Shown here one piece after another: positions 1 through 10,096 of a DNA stretch of 64,000 nucleotides. The DNA is from an uncultured delta proteobacterium (GTDB taxonomy: Bacteria > Desulfobacterota > Binatia > UBA9968). A model generated the notes under the pieces. The model saw only the letters and a program-made list of their open reading frames with translations, did no database searches and was not told where the DNA came from. Where the stretch lies: contig CAWDPO010000014.1 of NCBI GenBank assembly GCA_963804165.1, forward strand, positions 99,918 through 163,917, in the 5' to 3' direction. The stretch's first letter is position 1, and every line of letters begins with the position of its first letter. A program made the translations under genes and the position numbers.

Positions 1-584
1 ACGCGGTTGAGACTTCCTACGGCATGAAGGTTGTTTCACGCAAGTCGGGACCGACCGTGGACACCGAGTACGTCGATGAAAAAAGCTTCGCTCTGCCGAG
101 TATCCTGCAAATCGGCGATACCGAGTTCACCCATTTCGAACAGCCGCGCGAAGCTCTGAGCGCGGGATCGCACAACGCGCATTTCATGTTCGTTACGCCG
201 AACGACGATCACAGCTTTACGCTGTTCACCCTCAACCATTACACCGGCTCCGATCCCGAGTTTTTCCACAAGCTCTCGCCGAGCCGAAAGGTCGAAGCCA
301 AAGCCGAGAAGAAGCCTTACGATCGGCGCAAGTATTCGCCATTTAGAGGTAGCGTGCGCACGGAAGACATCGCCTGCCAGGGAACACAGCCGCTGCTCGA
401 TCAGCGCAAAGAGCAGCTCGCGACGTCGGACAAGGGCGTGATCCTGATTCGCAAGATCATTCTGAACGCCATTCAAGCGGTGCAAGAAAATCGCACGCCC
501 AAAGGAGTGCTGCAGAGAAGCCAGGCGCAAGAGCTCGTGAATATCGATTCTTTTACGGGCGTGCGGGCGAAAGGATCCACGTGA
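1..584 (+). CDS. Rieske non-heme iron oxygenase alpha subunit, C-terminal part (truncated by window edge)
   Basis: Clear paralogue of the C-terminal half of the 4043-5283 Rieske gene (YGMKVV..GP..EYVDE..ALPSI.Q.GDTEF, QGTQ..EQL..SD.GVI). Confidence 0.85.
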   Translation, partial: AVETSYGMKVVSRKSGPTVDTEYVDEKSFALPSILQIGDTEFTHFEQPREALSAGSHNAHFMFVTPNDDHSFTLFTLNHYTGSDPEFFHKLSPSRKVEAKAEKKPYDRRKYSPFRGSVRTEDIACQGTQPLLDQRKEQLATSDKGVILIRKIILNAIQAVQENRTPKGVLQRSQAQELVNIDSFTGVRAKGST

Positions 585-585
585 A

Positions 586-1575
586 ATGCCATTGAGGAGA
601 TATCTTAAATTAACTTTAACTGCGCTTATCGTAGTAGTTTCTCCGGCGCGCGGCGTCGAGGCCGCGCCGATGCGAATCTCGTACAGCGCGATCAGCGGCG
701 CGATGTCGTCGCTGTGGGTCGCGCAAGAAGACGGTTACTTCAAACGCGAGGGACTCGACACCGAGTTGCTTTATATCGGCGGCGGTTCGCTGTTGATTCA
801 GTCCATGCTGAGCGGCGAGGTGCCGTTCGCTTACGGACCCTCGGTGCCGGTGATCAACGCCTCGCTGCGCGGCGCGGATCTTACGCTGATAGGCAACACC
901 GGTAACGCTTTAGTATTCTCGATCATGTCGCGGCCGGAGATCAAGCAACCGGCGCAGCTCAAGGGCAAGAAAGTTGGAGTGACTCGTCTGGGCGGATCGA
1001 CCGATTGGGCGTTGGATGCGGCGACGAAACAATGGGGCCTTGAGCGCGGACGCGACATCGTCGTGATTCAGACCGGCGGTATGCCCGAAGGATTGGCAGC
1101 ACTCTTGTCCGGGACGCTCGATGCCGTCGTGCTCTCGCCGCCGAGCAATTTTCGCGCGATGAAAGCGGCCATGCACGAGCTGGTCGACGTCGGCCAGTTG
1201 GGTATTGTCTTTCCGAACACGCCGCTGTCGACGACGAAAAGTTTTATCAAATCGCACCGGGACACCGCGCTGCGTTTTCTGCGCGGTTTTAGCCAGGGGC
1301 TAAACCGGCTGCGCACGGACAAAGAGTTCAGCATGAAAGTGCTGTCGAAATATACCAAGGTGACGGACGCGGAGACGCTGGCGCAGCTGCACCAAACCTA
1401 CGGCGTGCGTTATAGCGGCGATCGTATCCCCTATGTGCGCGCCGAGGGCGTCGACGAAATTCTCAAACGCACTCCCGGCAAGGAAGCGCGCGATGCCAAA
1501 GCCGGCGAGTTTATCGACAACAGCTTATTGAAAGAACTGGAACAAAGCGGCTGGTTTCGTTCCCCGGGTCGCTAG
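586..1575 (+). CDS. NitT/TauT (SsuA/NMT1-like) ABC substrate-binding protein
   Basis: Signal peptide, LWVAQEDGYFKREGLD, LKGKKVGVTRLGGSTD, C-terminal FIDNSLLKELEQSG; paralogue of 6429-7421. Confidence 0.88.
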   Translation: MPLRRYLKLTLTALIVVVSPARGVEAAPMRISYSAISGAMSSLWVAQEDGYFKREGLDTELLYIGGGSLLIQSMLSGEVPFAYGPSVPVINASLRGADLTLIGNTGNALVFSIMSRPEIKQPAQLKGKKVGVTRLGGSTDWALDAATKQWGLERGRDIVVIQTGGMPEGLAALLSGTLDAVVLSPPSNFRAMKAAMHELVDVGQLGIVFPNTPLSTTKSFIKSHRDTALRFLRGFSQGLNRLRTDKEFSMKVLSKYTKVTDAETLAQLHQTYGVRYSGDRIPYVRAEGVDEILKRTPGKEARDAKAGEFIDNSLLKELEQSGWFRSPGR

Positions 1576-1579
1576 AGCC

Positions 1580-2461
1580 ATGCGCGTAGTCGTTACGGGA
1601 GGTTCGGGTCGGCTCGGGCAGTTCGTCGTGCGCGAGCTTTTCAGCCACAGCCATCAGGTTTCGATGCTCGATACGATCAAGCCCAGAGAATGTGTCTGTC
1701 CGACCTACACTGCCGATCTCAGCAAAGCGCATGCGCTGCAAGATTATTTCAAAGGTGTAGACGCAGTCGTCCACCTCGCGCGGCAGCGCTTCCCGTACAC
1801 CGAAACGGGATTCAATGTCGAAGCGCAACGCTGGGAGTTTCCCGATGTCGCGGCGGACGCCGAACGGTTTAATCTCAACGTCGCTCTCACCAATAATGTC
1901 TTGGCCGCGGCGCAAATTGCGGGAGCAAAGAAGTTTGTCTGTGGCTCGAGCCTGGCGGTCTATGGACTTTATTATCCGGTAACCGCGTTGCAGCCAGACT
2001 ATCTGCCGATCGACGAAGAACATTCGAGCCGACCGCAAGACCCCTATGGGCTAAGCAAACTGGTCGGCGAAAAGTTGTGCGATGCAATCAATTTAAAAAC
2101 CGGTTTGCAGATCGCGAGCTTGCGTTTTTCCGGTATCTATACCGAGGAGCATCGAGGAAGACTTGCCGAGCGCAGTAAGAATCCGCTCATCCGCGGCACG
2201 GGCGCGTTGTGGAGTTACGTCGACGTACGCGACGCCGCGCGCGCCTGCCGCCTCGCGCTCGAAGCGAATTTTGCGGGCCATCAGACTTTTAACCTCTGCG
2301 CGCCGGACACGATCATAACCATGCCGACGGCGGAGCTGGCCGCCAAGTATCTGCCGCAGGTGCAATCCGTGCGCAAAGGCGAGGGCCGTTGGAGCGGTTA
2401 CGATACCGCGAAGGCGGAAAAGATGCTGGGCTTCCGCGCCAAGTTGTTGCTGCACAATTAA
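1580..2461 (+). CDS. NAD-dependent epimerase/dehydratase (extended SDR)
   Basis: TGGSGRLG Rossmann motif, YGLSK (YxxxK), VDVRDAA. Confidence 0.9.
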   Translation: MRVVVTGGSGRLGQFVVRELFSHSHQVSMLDTIKPRECVCPTYTADLSKAHALQDYFKGVDAVVHLARQRFPYTETGFNVEAQRWEFPDVAADAERFNLNVALTNNVLAAAQIAGAKKFVCGSSLAVYGLYYPVTALQPDYLPIDEEHSSRPQDPYGLSKLVGEKLCDAINLKTGLQIASLRFSGIYTEEHRGRLAERSKNPLIRGTGALWSYVDVRDAARACRLALEANFAGHQTFNLCAPDTIITMPTAELAAKYLPQVQSVRKGEGRWSGYDTAKAEKMLGFRAKLLLHN

Positions 2462-2579
2462 ACCAGCGGCGCTTTCACTCTGCTGTAGTAACTCAACCAA
2501 GGCACAGTTTATTTTCGCGATCTTATCCAGTAAGTAGGGGGGTAGGTAAATTGAATCAGCGGAGGCCTGACATCAGCTT

Positions 2580-3956
2580 ATGATGGATTTACGGGAGTTT
2601 CTCGACACGTTGGAAAAAGCCGGCGAGCTGCACACCATTGCGGCTCAAGTTGATCCGAAGCACGAGCTTGGCGCCATTTGTAAGATCTTCAACGAGCGGC
2701 CGAACGGTCCTACATTGCTATTCGAGAACGTCAAGGGCTCGAAGATTCCCGTAGTTGGACAATTGTTGGCGAGCGACCGGCGTGTCGCCCTCGCCTTGGG
2801 CCTCTCGCAAAAAAATGTTTTCGACGAAACCGTTCGGCGCGCGACGAAGCCGATTCCGACGCGGCTGGTCGCGAACGGTCCTTGCCAAGAAGTGGTCATG
2901 GAGGGGAGCGAAGTCGACGTCACGAAATTGCCTTTGTGCACCAACAATCCGCGCGACGGCGGGCCGTACATTACGGCGGGTCATGTGATTATCAAAGATC
3001 CGGAGTACGGCAACAATCTGGCGATCTACCGGATGATGTTAGTGTCCAAAAACGAGGTCACGATTCGCTTCACCCCCGGCCACGACGGTTATGATTTTAT
3101 CAAGAATGCCGAGAAGCGCGGCCAGAAAAAGTTCGAAGTCGCGGTATGCGTCGGTGTGCCGCCGGCCGTTTATGTTGCTTCGCAGTTCGAGCCGCGAGCC
3201 GGCGTCTTCGAGCTGGAGATTGCCGGCGGATTGGCCGGCGAACCGGTCGACGTGGTCAAGTGCCGTACCATCGACTTGGAAGTCCCAGCGCTCGCCGAGA
3301 TTGTCCTCGAAGGCGAGCTGACGATCCCGGCAAAGACCGGCGACGAGGGGCCCTTCGGTGAATTCTGCGGTTATACCACGGCGCGGGTGCCCAACGAGCG
3401 CATCATGACGATCAAGGCGGTGACCCAGCGCAAGAATCCGATCTACCACAATATCTGGCTCGGCAAACCGCCGCATGAACATTTATATGTAGACGCGTTG
3501 ACCTACGCCGTGGCGGCTTACCAGGAGTTGAAGCCCGCTTATCCGGCTTTGAAGAAGGCCTATGCGCCGCCCTGGGGAGTTTCGATCGTATTGATCCTGC
3601 AACTTGAAAAACGCTTGATGCGGCCTGGGATCGTCAACAATATCCTTGCCGCCTCGCTCTATACACGAAGCGGTAAATGGAAGCATGTCATCGTCGTCGA
3701 CGAAGATATCAATCTCGAAGATCCCAACGAGGTTCTTTGGGCGCTGACCACTCGTTTCCAGCCGGCGACGGATATGTATGTGATTCCGCGTGGCATCACC
3801 AGTTCACTGGAGCCGTCGGCGACCGTGGACGGACTGACGTCAAAACTGATGCTCGATCTAACGATCAAAGAAAACTTTCGCGGCGAAGTGGCGGAACCCA
3901 CCGACGCCATGCGTCAGACGGTTTTGCAACGCTGGAAAGAATATGGTTTCAAATAA
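2580..3956 (+). CDS. UbiD-family (prFMN-dependent) decarboxylase
   Basis: DLREFL N-terminus, DGGPYIT, IYR, EGPFGEFCGY, VVDEDI..VLWALTTRFQP. Confidence 0.93.
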   Translation: MMDLREFLDTLEKAGELHTIAAQVDPKHELGAICKIFNERPNGPTLLFENVKGSKIPVVGQLLASDRRVALALGLSQKNVFDETVRRATKPIPTRLVANGPCQEVVMEGSEVDVTKLPLCTNNPRDGGPYITAGHVIIKDPEYGNNLAIYRMMLVSKNEVTIRFTPGHDGYDFIKNAEKRGQKKFEVAVCVGVPPAVYVASQFEPRAGVFELEIAGGLAGEPVDVVKCRTIDLEVPALAEIVLEGELTIPAKTGDEGPFGEFCGYTTARVPNERIMTIKAVTQRKNPIYHNIWLGKPPHEHLYVDALTYAVAAYQELKPAYPALKKAYAPPWGVSIVLILQLEKRLMRPGIVNNILAASLYTRSGKWKHVIVVDEDINLEDPNEVLWALTTRFQPATDMYVIPRGITSSLEPSATVDGLTSKLMLDLTIKENFRGEVAEPTDAMRQTVLQRWKEYGFK

Positions 3957-3963
3957 AAAAATC

Positions 3964-4003
3964 GTTCAAGCTGTTCAATGCGTTCAAATCGTTCAAGCCG
4001 TTT
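3964..4003. repeat. 9-bp-period GTTCAAnnn intergenic repeat
   Basis: GTTCAA at 3964, 3973, 3982 and 3991. Confidence 0.8.
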
Positions 4004-4042
4004 TAAGATAGGACTTCAGATTCATCCGAGAGGGAACTTTCG

Positions 4043-5283
4043 GTGGCGAAAGTAAGCGCGACGAGAAAGAACAAGAGCGTTACAGTCGCGGATATTCCGC
4101 ACGTCGGGCCCGGGACGCCGTGCGGCGAATGGTTTCGGCGCTATTGGCTCGTCGTCGGCACCACCCAGGAGCTTTACGACATCCCTCAAGCCGTGAAAGT
4201 CCTGGGCGAAGATTTGGTATTGTTCCGCGACCAGTTTGGCAAAGTTCGGATTGCTCGGTGAACACTGCTCACATCGCGGCGCGTCGTTGGAATACGGCGA
4301 TATCGAAGATGGCGGTCTGCGCTGTCCATATCACGGCTGGTTGTTCGACGTTCAAGGCCAGTGCTTAGAGATGCCGGCGGAACCAAAAGACAGCAAGTTT
4401 TGCCAGAAAGTGAAACACCTTTCCTATCCCGTGAGGGAGTTGGGCGGGTTGCTCTTCGCCTACATGGGATCCGGACAAGGACGATCCGCCGCCGCTCCCC
4501 AAGTACGCGCCCCTCGTCGAGCGTAGCGGCCAATGGCAGATCGAGCCTGTGCGTCACGCCGAATATAACTGGTTCAACTTCTTTGAAAACTCCGCGGACC
4601 CTGCCCACGTATGCATCCTGCACCGAGACGCCGGTTACGGCCAGCAATCCTGGGGCAATCAGTTTTTTAGTTACACGGAAATGCCGCATTTCGAATTTGT
4701 CGAGATGGATTACGGCATGAAAGTCGTTATGACCAAACCCGGCCCGGAGCCGGGCACGGAATTCGTCGACGAAATGAGTCTGGCCTTGCCGAGTATCGTT
4801 CAAGTGGGCGATACGGAGTTCGTCCACGCGAAAGCTGACGCGGCGGCACTGATCAAGGCAGGCTCGCAGTGCGAGCATTGGATGTTTGTCACGCCCAATG
4901 ACGATGACCACTTCATGCTCTTTACCGCGGACAATTACCGTGGCCCGGAAGAGAAGTTCTTCGAGAAACTCAAAGCGCTGCGCGCAAAAGAAACGCCGGC
5001 GCAAGAAGTGATGCCCTACGACAAGCGCAAGTTCATGCCCTACAAGGGCAACGTTCGCAAGGAAGATCTGGTCACCCAAGGAACGCAGGGTTTGCTCGGC
5101 GAGCGCAATGAACAGCTCGGCGTCTCCGATCGCGGCGTGATCAAGTTTCGCAAGATCGTTGTGGATGCCATCGAGACGGCCCTGAACGGCGGCGTGCCCA
5201 AGGGGATTGTTGACACAAAGCGAGCGAAGGAGCTCTATCGTTTGGATACCCAGGTGGGAGTGCGGGCGCAGAGATCAAATTAG
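4043..5283 (+). CDS. Rieske oxygenase alpha subunit (phthalate dioxygenase/LigXa-like), split by two frameshifts
   Basis: Consecutive ORFs 4043-4261, 4236-4526 and 4549-5283 give VGPGTPCGE..RRYW, CSHRG..CPYHGW and ENSADPAH..LH. Confidence 0.85.
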
Positions 5284-5316
5284 GTTAGCGATTGGTGAGA
5301 TCTAAAAAGCAAAAGC

Positions 5317-5390
5317 AGATTCTTCGTCGTTGCACTCCTCAGAATGACACTCTCTCCGAGTTGTCATCCTGAACGTAGTGAAGGATCTGA
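5317..5390. repeat. Pair of REP-like palindromes (GATTCTTCG..CAGAATGAC / GTCATCCTGA..GAAGGATCT)
   Basis: Two inverted units; related copies near 35600, 42409-42507 plus 43822-43832, and 62667. Confidence 0.75.
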
Positions 5391-5407
5391 TTTAATGAGG
5401 AGGCAAA

Positions 5408-6298
5408 ATGATTCGTGGAGTTTTGTTGCCGATAATCACGCCGTTTGACGAGAAGGTTCGCGTCGATGAACAGATGATGCGCCAAATCGTCGACTTTCAC
5501 ATCAAGGCCGGTGTGCAGGGGTTGTTCGTGCTCGGCTCCACCGGACAGGGACCGGCGATGACTGTCGAAGAACGCAAGCAGACGGCGGCGATCGCCCTCG
5601 ACCAGGCCAAGTCGCGGGTGCCGGTGATCATTCACGTCGGCACGGCCGATGCAGGCAGCGCGGTGGAGCTAGCGGAGCATGCGGCGGCACATAAAGCCGA
5701 TGTGGTGGCGATCGTGCCGCCATATTACTACTCCGATCACACCGAGTTCGAAATCATCGCGCACTACAAAGCCGTGCACAAAGCGGTGCCACTGCCGATC
5801 TACATCTACGAGAATCCCAAATATTCCGGCATTTCGATTCCGCCCGCCTTTGCCGTGCGAATGAAAGAGCATGTGCCTGCGCTCAAGGGCATCAAAGTCG
5901 CCTATGGCCAGGGCGCTTTGCTCGAGTATGTTCGGCTTTTACCCGATGTTTCCGTTTTCACCGGTAATGCGGATCTGTTCGGCCTGGTGCCGTTCGGCGT
6001 TGCCGGTATGATCAATCCGCCGACGAGTTTTGTTCCCGAGCTGTGCGTTGAATTGTTCAATGCGCTTGATCGCAAAGACTACCCGGCTGCCGTCGCAGCG
6101 CAGAAACGCGTAGATACCGCCGCGCGCTTGGTCGCGTCGCGCCTGCGCAAGTACGGCCGGGTGCCTCTGCAAGAGGTGTATCGTATGCGCGGTTTCGCGG
6201 TGAAACGTTTTCCCAAATGGGAGACCGAGCAAATGCCAAAAGAAGAAATCGCCAAATTGGAGCGCGAGCTGAGAGACGAGGGGATTCTCGGGCAGTGA
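5408..6298 (+). CDS. DapA/NanA-family class I aldolase
   Basis: PIITPF, GLFVLGSTGQG, VPVIIHVG, PPYYY, IYIYENP, GIK (Schiff-base Lys). Confidence 0.9.
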   Translation: MIRGVLLPIITPFDEKVRVDEQMMRQIVDFHIKAGVQGLFVLGSTGQGPAMTVEERKQTAAIALDQAKSRVPVIIHVGTADAGSAVELAEHAAAHKADVVAIVPPYYYSDHTEFEIIAHYKAVHKAVPLPIYIYENPKYSGISIPPAFAVRMKEHVPALKGIKVAYGQGALLEYVRLLPDVSVFTGNADLFGLVPFGVAGMINPPTSFVPELCVELFNALDRKDYPAAVAAQKRVDTAARLVASRLRKYGRVPLQEVYRMRGFAVKRFPKWETEQMPKEEIAKLERELRDEGILGQ

Positions 6299-6428
6299 AA
6301 GTAAATTGAAATCGTTATCACTCCACAGCGGGACTAAAGTCTTCAAGGAAGTTGTTGCTTCGAGCGAGACGCGCGAACGTTGCCCGATTGATGGTTTTGG
6401 CGGCGCGGGCCATCGAAGCATCGTTGCG

Positions 6429-7421
6429 ATGGTGATGAATGCTGGAAGAGCGCTTTTCGTCACTCTGTTCGCATTACTCGCACCGACCTCTTCATTCCTC
6501 TTCGCCGCACAAGCAGAGCCCATTCGATTGGCGTACAGCTCGATCAGCGGTGCCATGGCGCCCTTATGGGTGGCGCAGGACTTTGGATACTTTCGCCGCC
6601 AGGGATTGGATCTTCAGCTTCTCTACATCGGCGGCGGGTCCGTCGCGACTCAAGCTCTCATCGGCGGCGATGTGCAATTTGTCCGGCTCGGCGCGAACGC
6701 CGTCGTTCAGGCTTCGCTTAGAGGGGCGAATCTCAAGATGATCGGCAATACGATCAATACCTTGGTGTTTTCCCTTATGGCGCGGCCCGAAATTCAGGGC
6801 GCCAAGGATCTAAAGGGAAGAAAAATAGGCTTGACTCGTCTCGGCGGTTCGACGGATTTTGCTTTGGATCTCGCTCTAAAAAAATGGGGACTTCGGCGGG
6901 GTTCGGACGTGGCGGTTATTCAGACCGGCGGCATGCCGCAACTGCTTGGGGCGATTACCGGCGGCATCGTCGACGCCGGCGTGGTCTCGCCGCCAACCAA
7001 CTTGTCCGCGGCGAAGCTTGGTCTTAAGGAATTGGTCGATTTCGGTGAAATCGGCATTGTGTATCCCAACTCGCCGCTTGCAACCTCGCAGCTCTATTTG
7101 GAAAGGAACCGCAGCACCGCCTTGAGAGTTTTGCGCGCCTACTGCGAAGGTATTCATCGCGCAAGAACGGACAGAGAGGGAACGATGAAGGTGCTGGCGA
7201 AGTACACCAAAGTCTCAGACATGGAGATTCTCGCTGAGCTCTACCGAATCTACGGCGTGAAATACCTCGAGCCGATTCCAAGAGTGCGGCTGGATGCCGT
7301 CGAAGAAGTACTGCGCTCCGAGGTGAAAACAGGAGCTGGCGTCAAAGCGAGTGACTTTGTCGACAATAGTCTAGTCGCGGAGCTCGAGCAGCAAGGATTG
7401 TTTCAGACGTTGTATCGATAG
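6429..7421 (+). CDS. NitT/TauT ABC substrate-binding protein
   Basis: Paralogue of 586-1575. Start placed at the MVMNAG signal-peptide region rather than 6306. Confidence 0.85.
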   Translation: MVMNAGRALFVTLFALLAPTSSFLFAAQAEPIRLAYSSISGAMAPLWVAQDFGYFRRQGLDLQLLYIGGGSVATQALIGGDVQFVRLGANAVVQASLRGANLKMIGNTINTLVFSLMARPEIQGAKDLKGRKIGLTRLGGSTDFALDLALKKWGLRRGSDVAVIQTGGMPQLLGAITGGIVDAGVVSPPTNLSAAKLGLKELVDFGEIGIVYPNSPLATSQLYLERNRSTALRVLRAYCEGIHRARTDREGTMKVLAKYTKVSDMEILAELYRIYGVKYLEPIPRVRLDAVEEVLRSEVKTGAGVKASDFVDNSLVAELEQQGLFQTLYR

Positions 7422-7427
7422 GAGGCA

Positions 7428-8858
7428 ATGATGGCATACAAGGATCTGCGCGAGTGGATGGAGCAAGTCGACCAGTTGGGCGAACTCAAAACCGTGGAAG
7501 GCGCGGATTGGGATCTGGAGATCGGCGCGATTATCGAGATGGCCCGCAAGGAGTCTAAGATCGCTCCCTGCATACTTTTCGATTCCATCAAGGGCTTTGC
7601 CAAAGGTTTGAGAATCGTGGCCGGACAACTCAACTCGATCAAGCGGGTCGCGCTTACCTGCGGTATGCCGACCGACATGGCGACCATGGATTTGGTCGCC
7701 GCCATGCGCAAGAAGATCAAAGACATGAAGCCGATCCCACCGCGAGAGGTCAAAGAAGGACCTTTTATGGAGAACGTCTGGGAAGAGAAAGATGTTGACG
7801 TTCTGCGCTTCCCGACGCCACGCTACAACATCGGCGACGGCGGACGCTACATCGGCACCGGTCATCTGACGATCACCAGGGATCCGGAAGAGGGTTGGCT
7901 CAACATCGGCACTTACCGAGTGATGATTCACGATAGTAAATCGGTGGGTCTCTACATTTCGCCGGGACGGCATGCGCGTATTCAGATGGAAAAATATTTT
8001 GCTCAAAACCGCCCCATGCCGGTGGCGCTTTCCTTGGGGCACGATCCGCTTCTCTTCATGGCGTCGGCGTTTGAAGTGCCTTATGGTCTTTCGGAGTACG
8101 ATTTTGCCGGCGGTCTGAAAGGCGCGCCCATCGATGTGGTGAAACTGGCGCGAATCGGGTTTCAGGTGCCGGCGACAGCGGAGGTTGTCATAGAGGGAGA
8201 ATGTTTGCCGGGAGATCAAAAGACCGAGGGGCCATTCGGGGAGTGGACCGGATACTACGCGAGTCATATTCGCGAAGAACCCATCATCCGGATCCGCCGC
8301 ATGTATTTTCGCAACGATCCGATCATGGCGGGCGCGCCGCCGAGCCGCCCGCCGACCGAAGCGACTTTCTATAAAAGTTTTTGGCGCTCGGCGATGGTTT
8401 GGGAAGAGCTGGAGCGCGCCGGGGTGCCTGACGTTGTCGGGGTTTACTGTCCGCCCGAAGGCAATACACGCCTGCTCACCGTGGTGGCCATTCGGCAGCG
8501 TTATCCGGGCCACGCGCGCCAGGCGGGATTGATCGCGTCTCAATGTCACGCCGCCGCCTATCTCGGGCGCTTCACCGTCGTGGTCGACGAAGACATCGAC
8601 CCCACCGACATGAAGGATGTGTGGTGGGCGATGACTACACGCTGCGACCCGTCCGAGGACATCGAGATCTTGCGGCGCTGCTGGAGCGGTCCCCTGGATC
8701 CGATCGTTCAAAGAGGCAAAAAGGGATTCAATTCGCGCGCTGTCATCGATGCTTGTCGACCGTATGAATGGATCAAAGATTTCCCCGCGTCGGTGATCGT
8801 TCCACCCGACTTGGCGAAGCAAGTCAGGGAAAAGTGGGGAAAACAGATTTTATCGTAA
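7428..8858 (+). CDS. UbiD-family decarboxylase
   Basis: DLREW, DGGRYIGTG, NIGTYR, EGPFGEWTGYY, VVVDEDIDP..WAMTTRCDP; RBS AGGAGG upstream. Confidence 0.93.
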   Translation: MMAYKDLREWMEQVDQLGELKTVEGADWDLEIGAIIEMARKESKIAPCILFDSIKGFAKGLRIVAGQLNSIKRVALTCGMPTDMATMDLVAAMRKKIKDMKPIPPREVKEGPFMENVWEEKDVDVLRFPTPRYNIGDGGRYIGTGHLTITRDPEEGWLNIGTYRVMIHDSKSVGLYISPGRHARIQMEKYFAQNRPMPVALSLGHDPLLFMASAFEVPYGLSEYDFAGGLKGAPIDVVKLARIGFQVPATAEVVIEGECLPGDQKTEGPFGEWTGYYASHIREEPIIRIRRMYFRNDPIMAGAPPSRPPTEATFYKSFWRSAMVWEELERAGVPDVVGVYCPPEGNTRLLTVVAIRQRYPGHARQAGLIASQCHAAAYLGRFTVVVDEDIDPTDMKDVWWAMTTRCDPSEDIEILRRCWSGPLDPIVQRGKKGFNSRAVIDACRPYEWIKDFPASVIVPPDLAKQVREKWGKQILS

Positions 8859-8892
8859 GCGGCCGCGCTGAGTTCATAGGAAATTTCTTTTC

Positions 8893-9492
8893 ATGATTCG
8901 TTACGAATGCTTCGAATGGCTTGCGCCGCTTATGACGGACCAACTAGTAGTCACGTCCCTCAGCGGCCAAAGGGTCGAGTGGGGACATCTTTCGAAGCGC
9001 GAAGCGGATCTCAATCTCGGTTCCATGGGCAATGCTCTTGCGGTCGCCATCGGTCTGGCTCTCGCTCTGCCGCATCGAAAAGTTTTCGTCTTCGAGTCCG
9101 ACGGCAGCGTGCTGCTATCGCTCTTCAATCTGCCGACGCTGGCGAACCTCAATCCGCCCAACATGGCCGTGTTCGTTTTCGACAATCAGGCTTACAGCGG
9201 CACGAGAATCAGTTATCCGAGCGCGACGGCGGGAAAGACGGATCTTGCGGCAGTGGCCAAAGGCTCCGGTATCGAGCACGCGGTAACGGTGTCGAAGTTA
9301 GAGGATTTCAAGCACGAGGCGACGGCGGCGCTGAGCGAGCCCGGCCTGCGCTTCGTCGTCTGCAAAATCGAAGAGAGCCTCGGCCACCGGCAGATCACCC
9401 GAAGCGATGTCGATTTGTTGGAAACGAAATATCGCTTCGTGCGTTATCTCGAGCGCACCGAAGGCAGGCCGATCTTCCAGGGACGCGGGTAA
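8893..9492 (+). CDS. ThDP-dependent decarboxylase beta subunit (ComE/phosphonopyruvate decarboxylase-like)
   Basis: GSMG..A.GLALA, SDGS..FDN ThDP/Mg motif, TDLAAVA. Confidence 0.82.
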   Translation: MIRYECFEWLAPLMTDQLVVTSLSGQRVEWGHLSKREADLNLGSMGNALAVAIGLALALPHRKVFVFESDGSVLLSLFNLPTLANLNPPNMAVFVFDNQAYSGTRISYPSATAGKTDLAAVAKGSGIEHAVTVSKLEDFKHEATAALSEPGLRFVVCKIEESLGHRQITRSDVDLLETKYRFVRYLERTEGRPIFQGRG

Positions 9493-9521
9493 ATGATTCA
9501 ATCATATTTATTTGGAATGTC

Positions 9522-10028
9522 ATGAAAGCCGAGCTCGCCAGCAGAACGGTCGCGGGACTTAAAGACGCGGGAATAAATTTCGTCAGCTACATGCCCGAGA
9601 CGAGATTGAGCGAGATTCTACCGGTGATGAAGGCGGACGGCTCTTTTACTCTCGTCCCGGTCGCGAGCGAAGCCGAGGGAGTGGGCATTGCCGCCGGAGC
9701 ATCGATGGGTGGAAAGGGTTCCGCGGTTTATATGGAAGGAACCGGTCTGTTTGTTTCGACCTATAATCTCCTCACAGTCGGCGAACGGTACGGCGTGCCG
9801 ATGTTGTTGCTGATCGCTTACGTCGGAAGCTTCGAAGATCAGCGCAATTCTTACCTGTTTTCTCATTACGGCAACAAGACAAAAGGAATACTCGATACCC
9901 TCGGCATCCAATACCTGACCGTCGATTCCGCCAACGAGCTCGAAACGCGGATCAAAGACGCCGTCAGAATGATGCACGCCTTGAAACTGCCCGTGGCTTT
10001 GCTGTTCACGGGAGAATTCACCGAATAA
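9522..10028 (+). CDS. ThDP-dependent decarboxylase alpha subunit (ComD-like)
   Basis: C-terminal part of the 8907 ORF from ATG 9522: LKDAGINFVSYMPET, EAEGVGIAAGA. Confidence 0.82.
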   Translation: MKAELASRTVAGLKDAGINFVSYMPETRLSEILPVMKADGSFTLVPVASEAEGVGIAAGASMGGKGSAVYMEGTGLFVSTYNLLTVGERYGVPMLLLIAYVGSFEDQRNSYLFSHYGNKTKGILDTLGIQYLTVDSANELETRIKDAVRMMHALKLPVALLFTGEFTE

Positions 10029-10096
10029 TTCTCCAATCCTAATGAAGAGGTCAGCAAGATGAAATTGCGCGGCTGCGATTTTGCGCGGCGTTTTCG

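Noticed and set aside
7371-8822. Long antisense or alternate-frame ORFs (also 41332-42414, 36317-37408, 46980-47846)
   Set aside because: Expected shadows of real genes in high-GC DNA.
8907-10028. 373-aa ORF read as a single fusion protein
   Set aside because: Only the part from ATG 9522 is ComD-like; the rest overlaps the comE-like gene out of frame.
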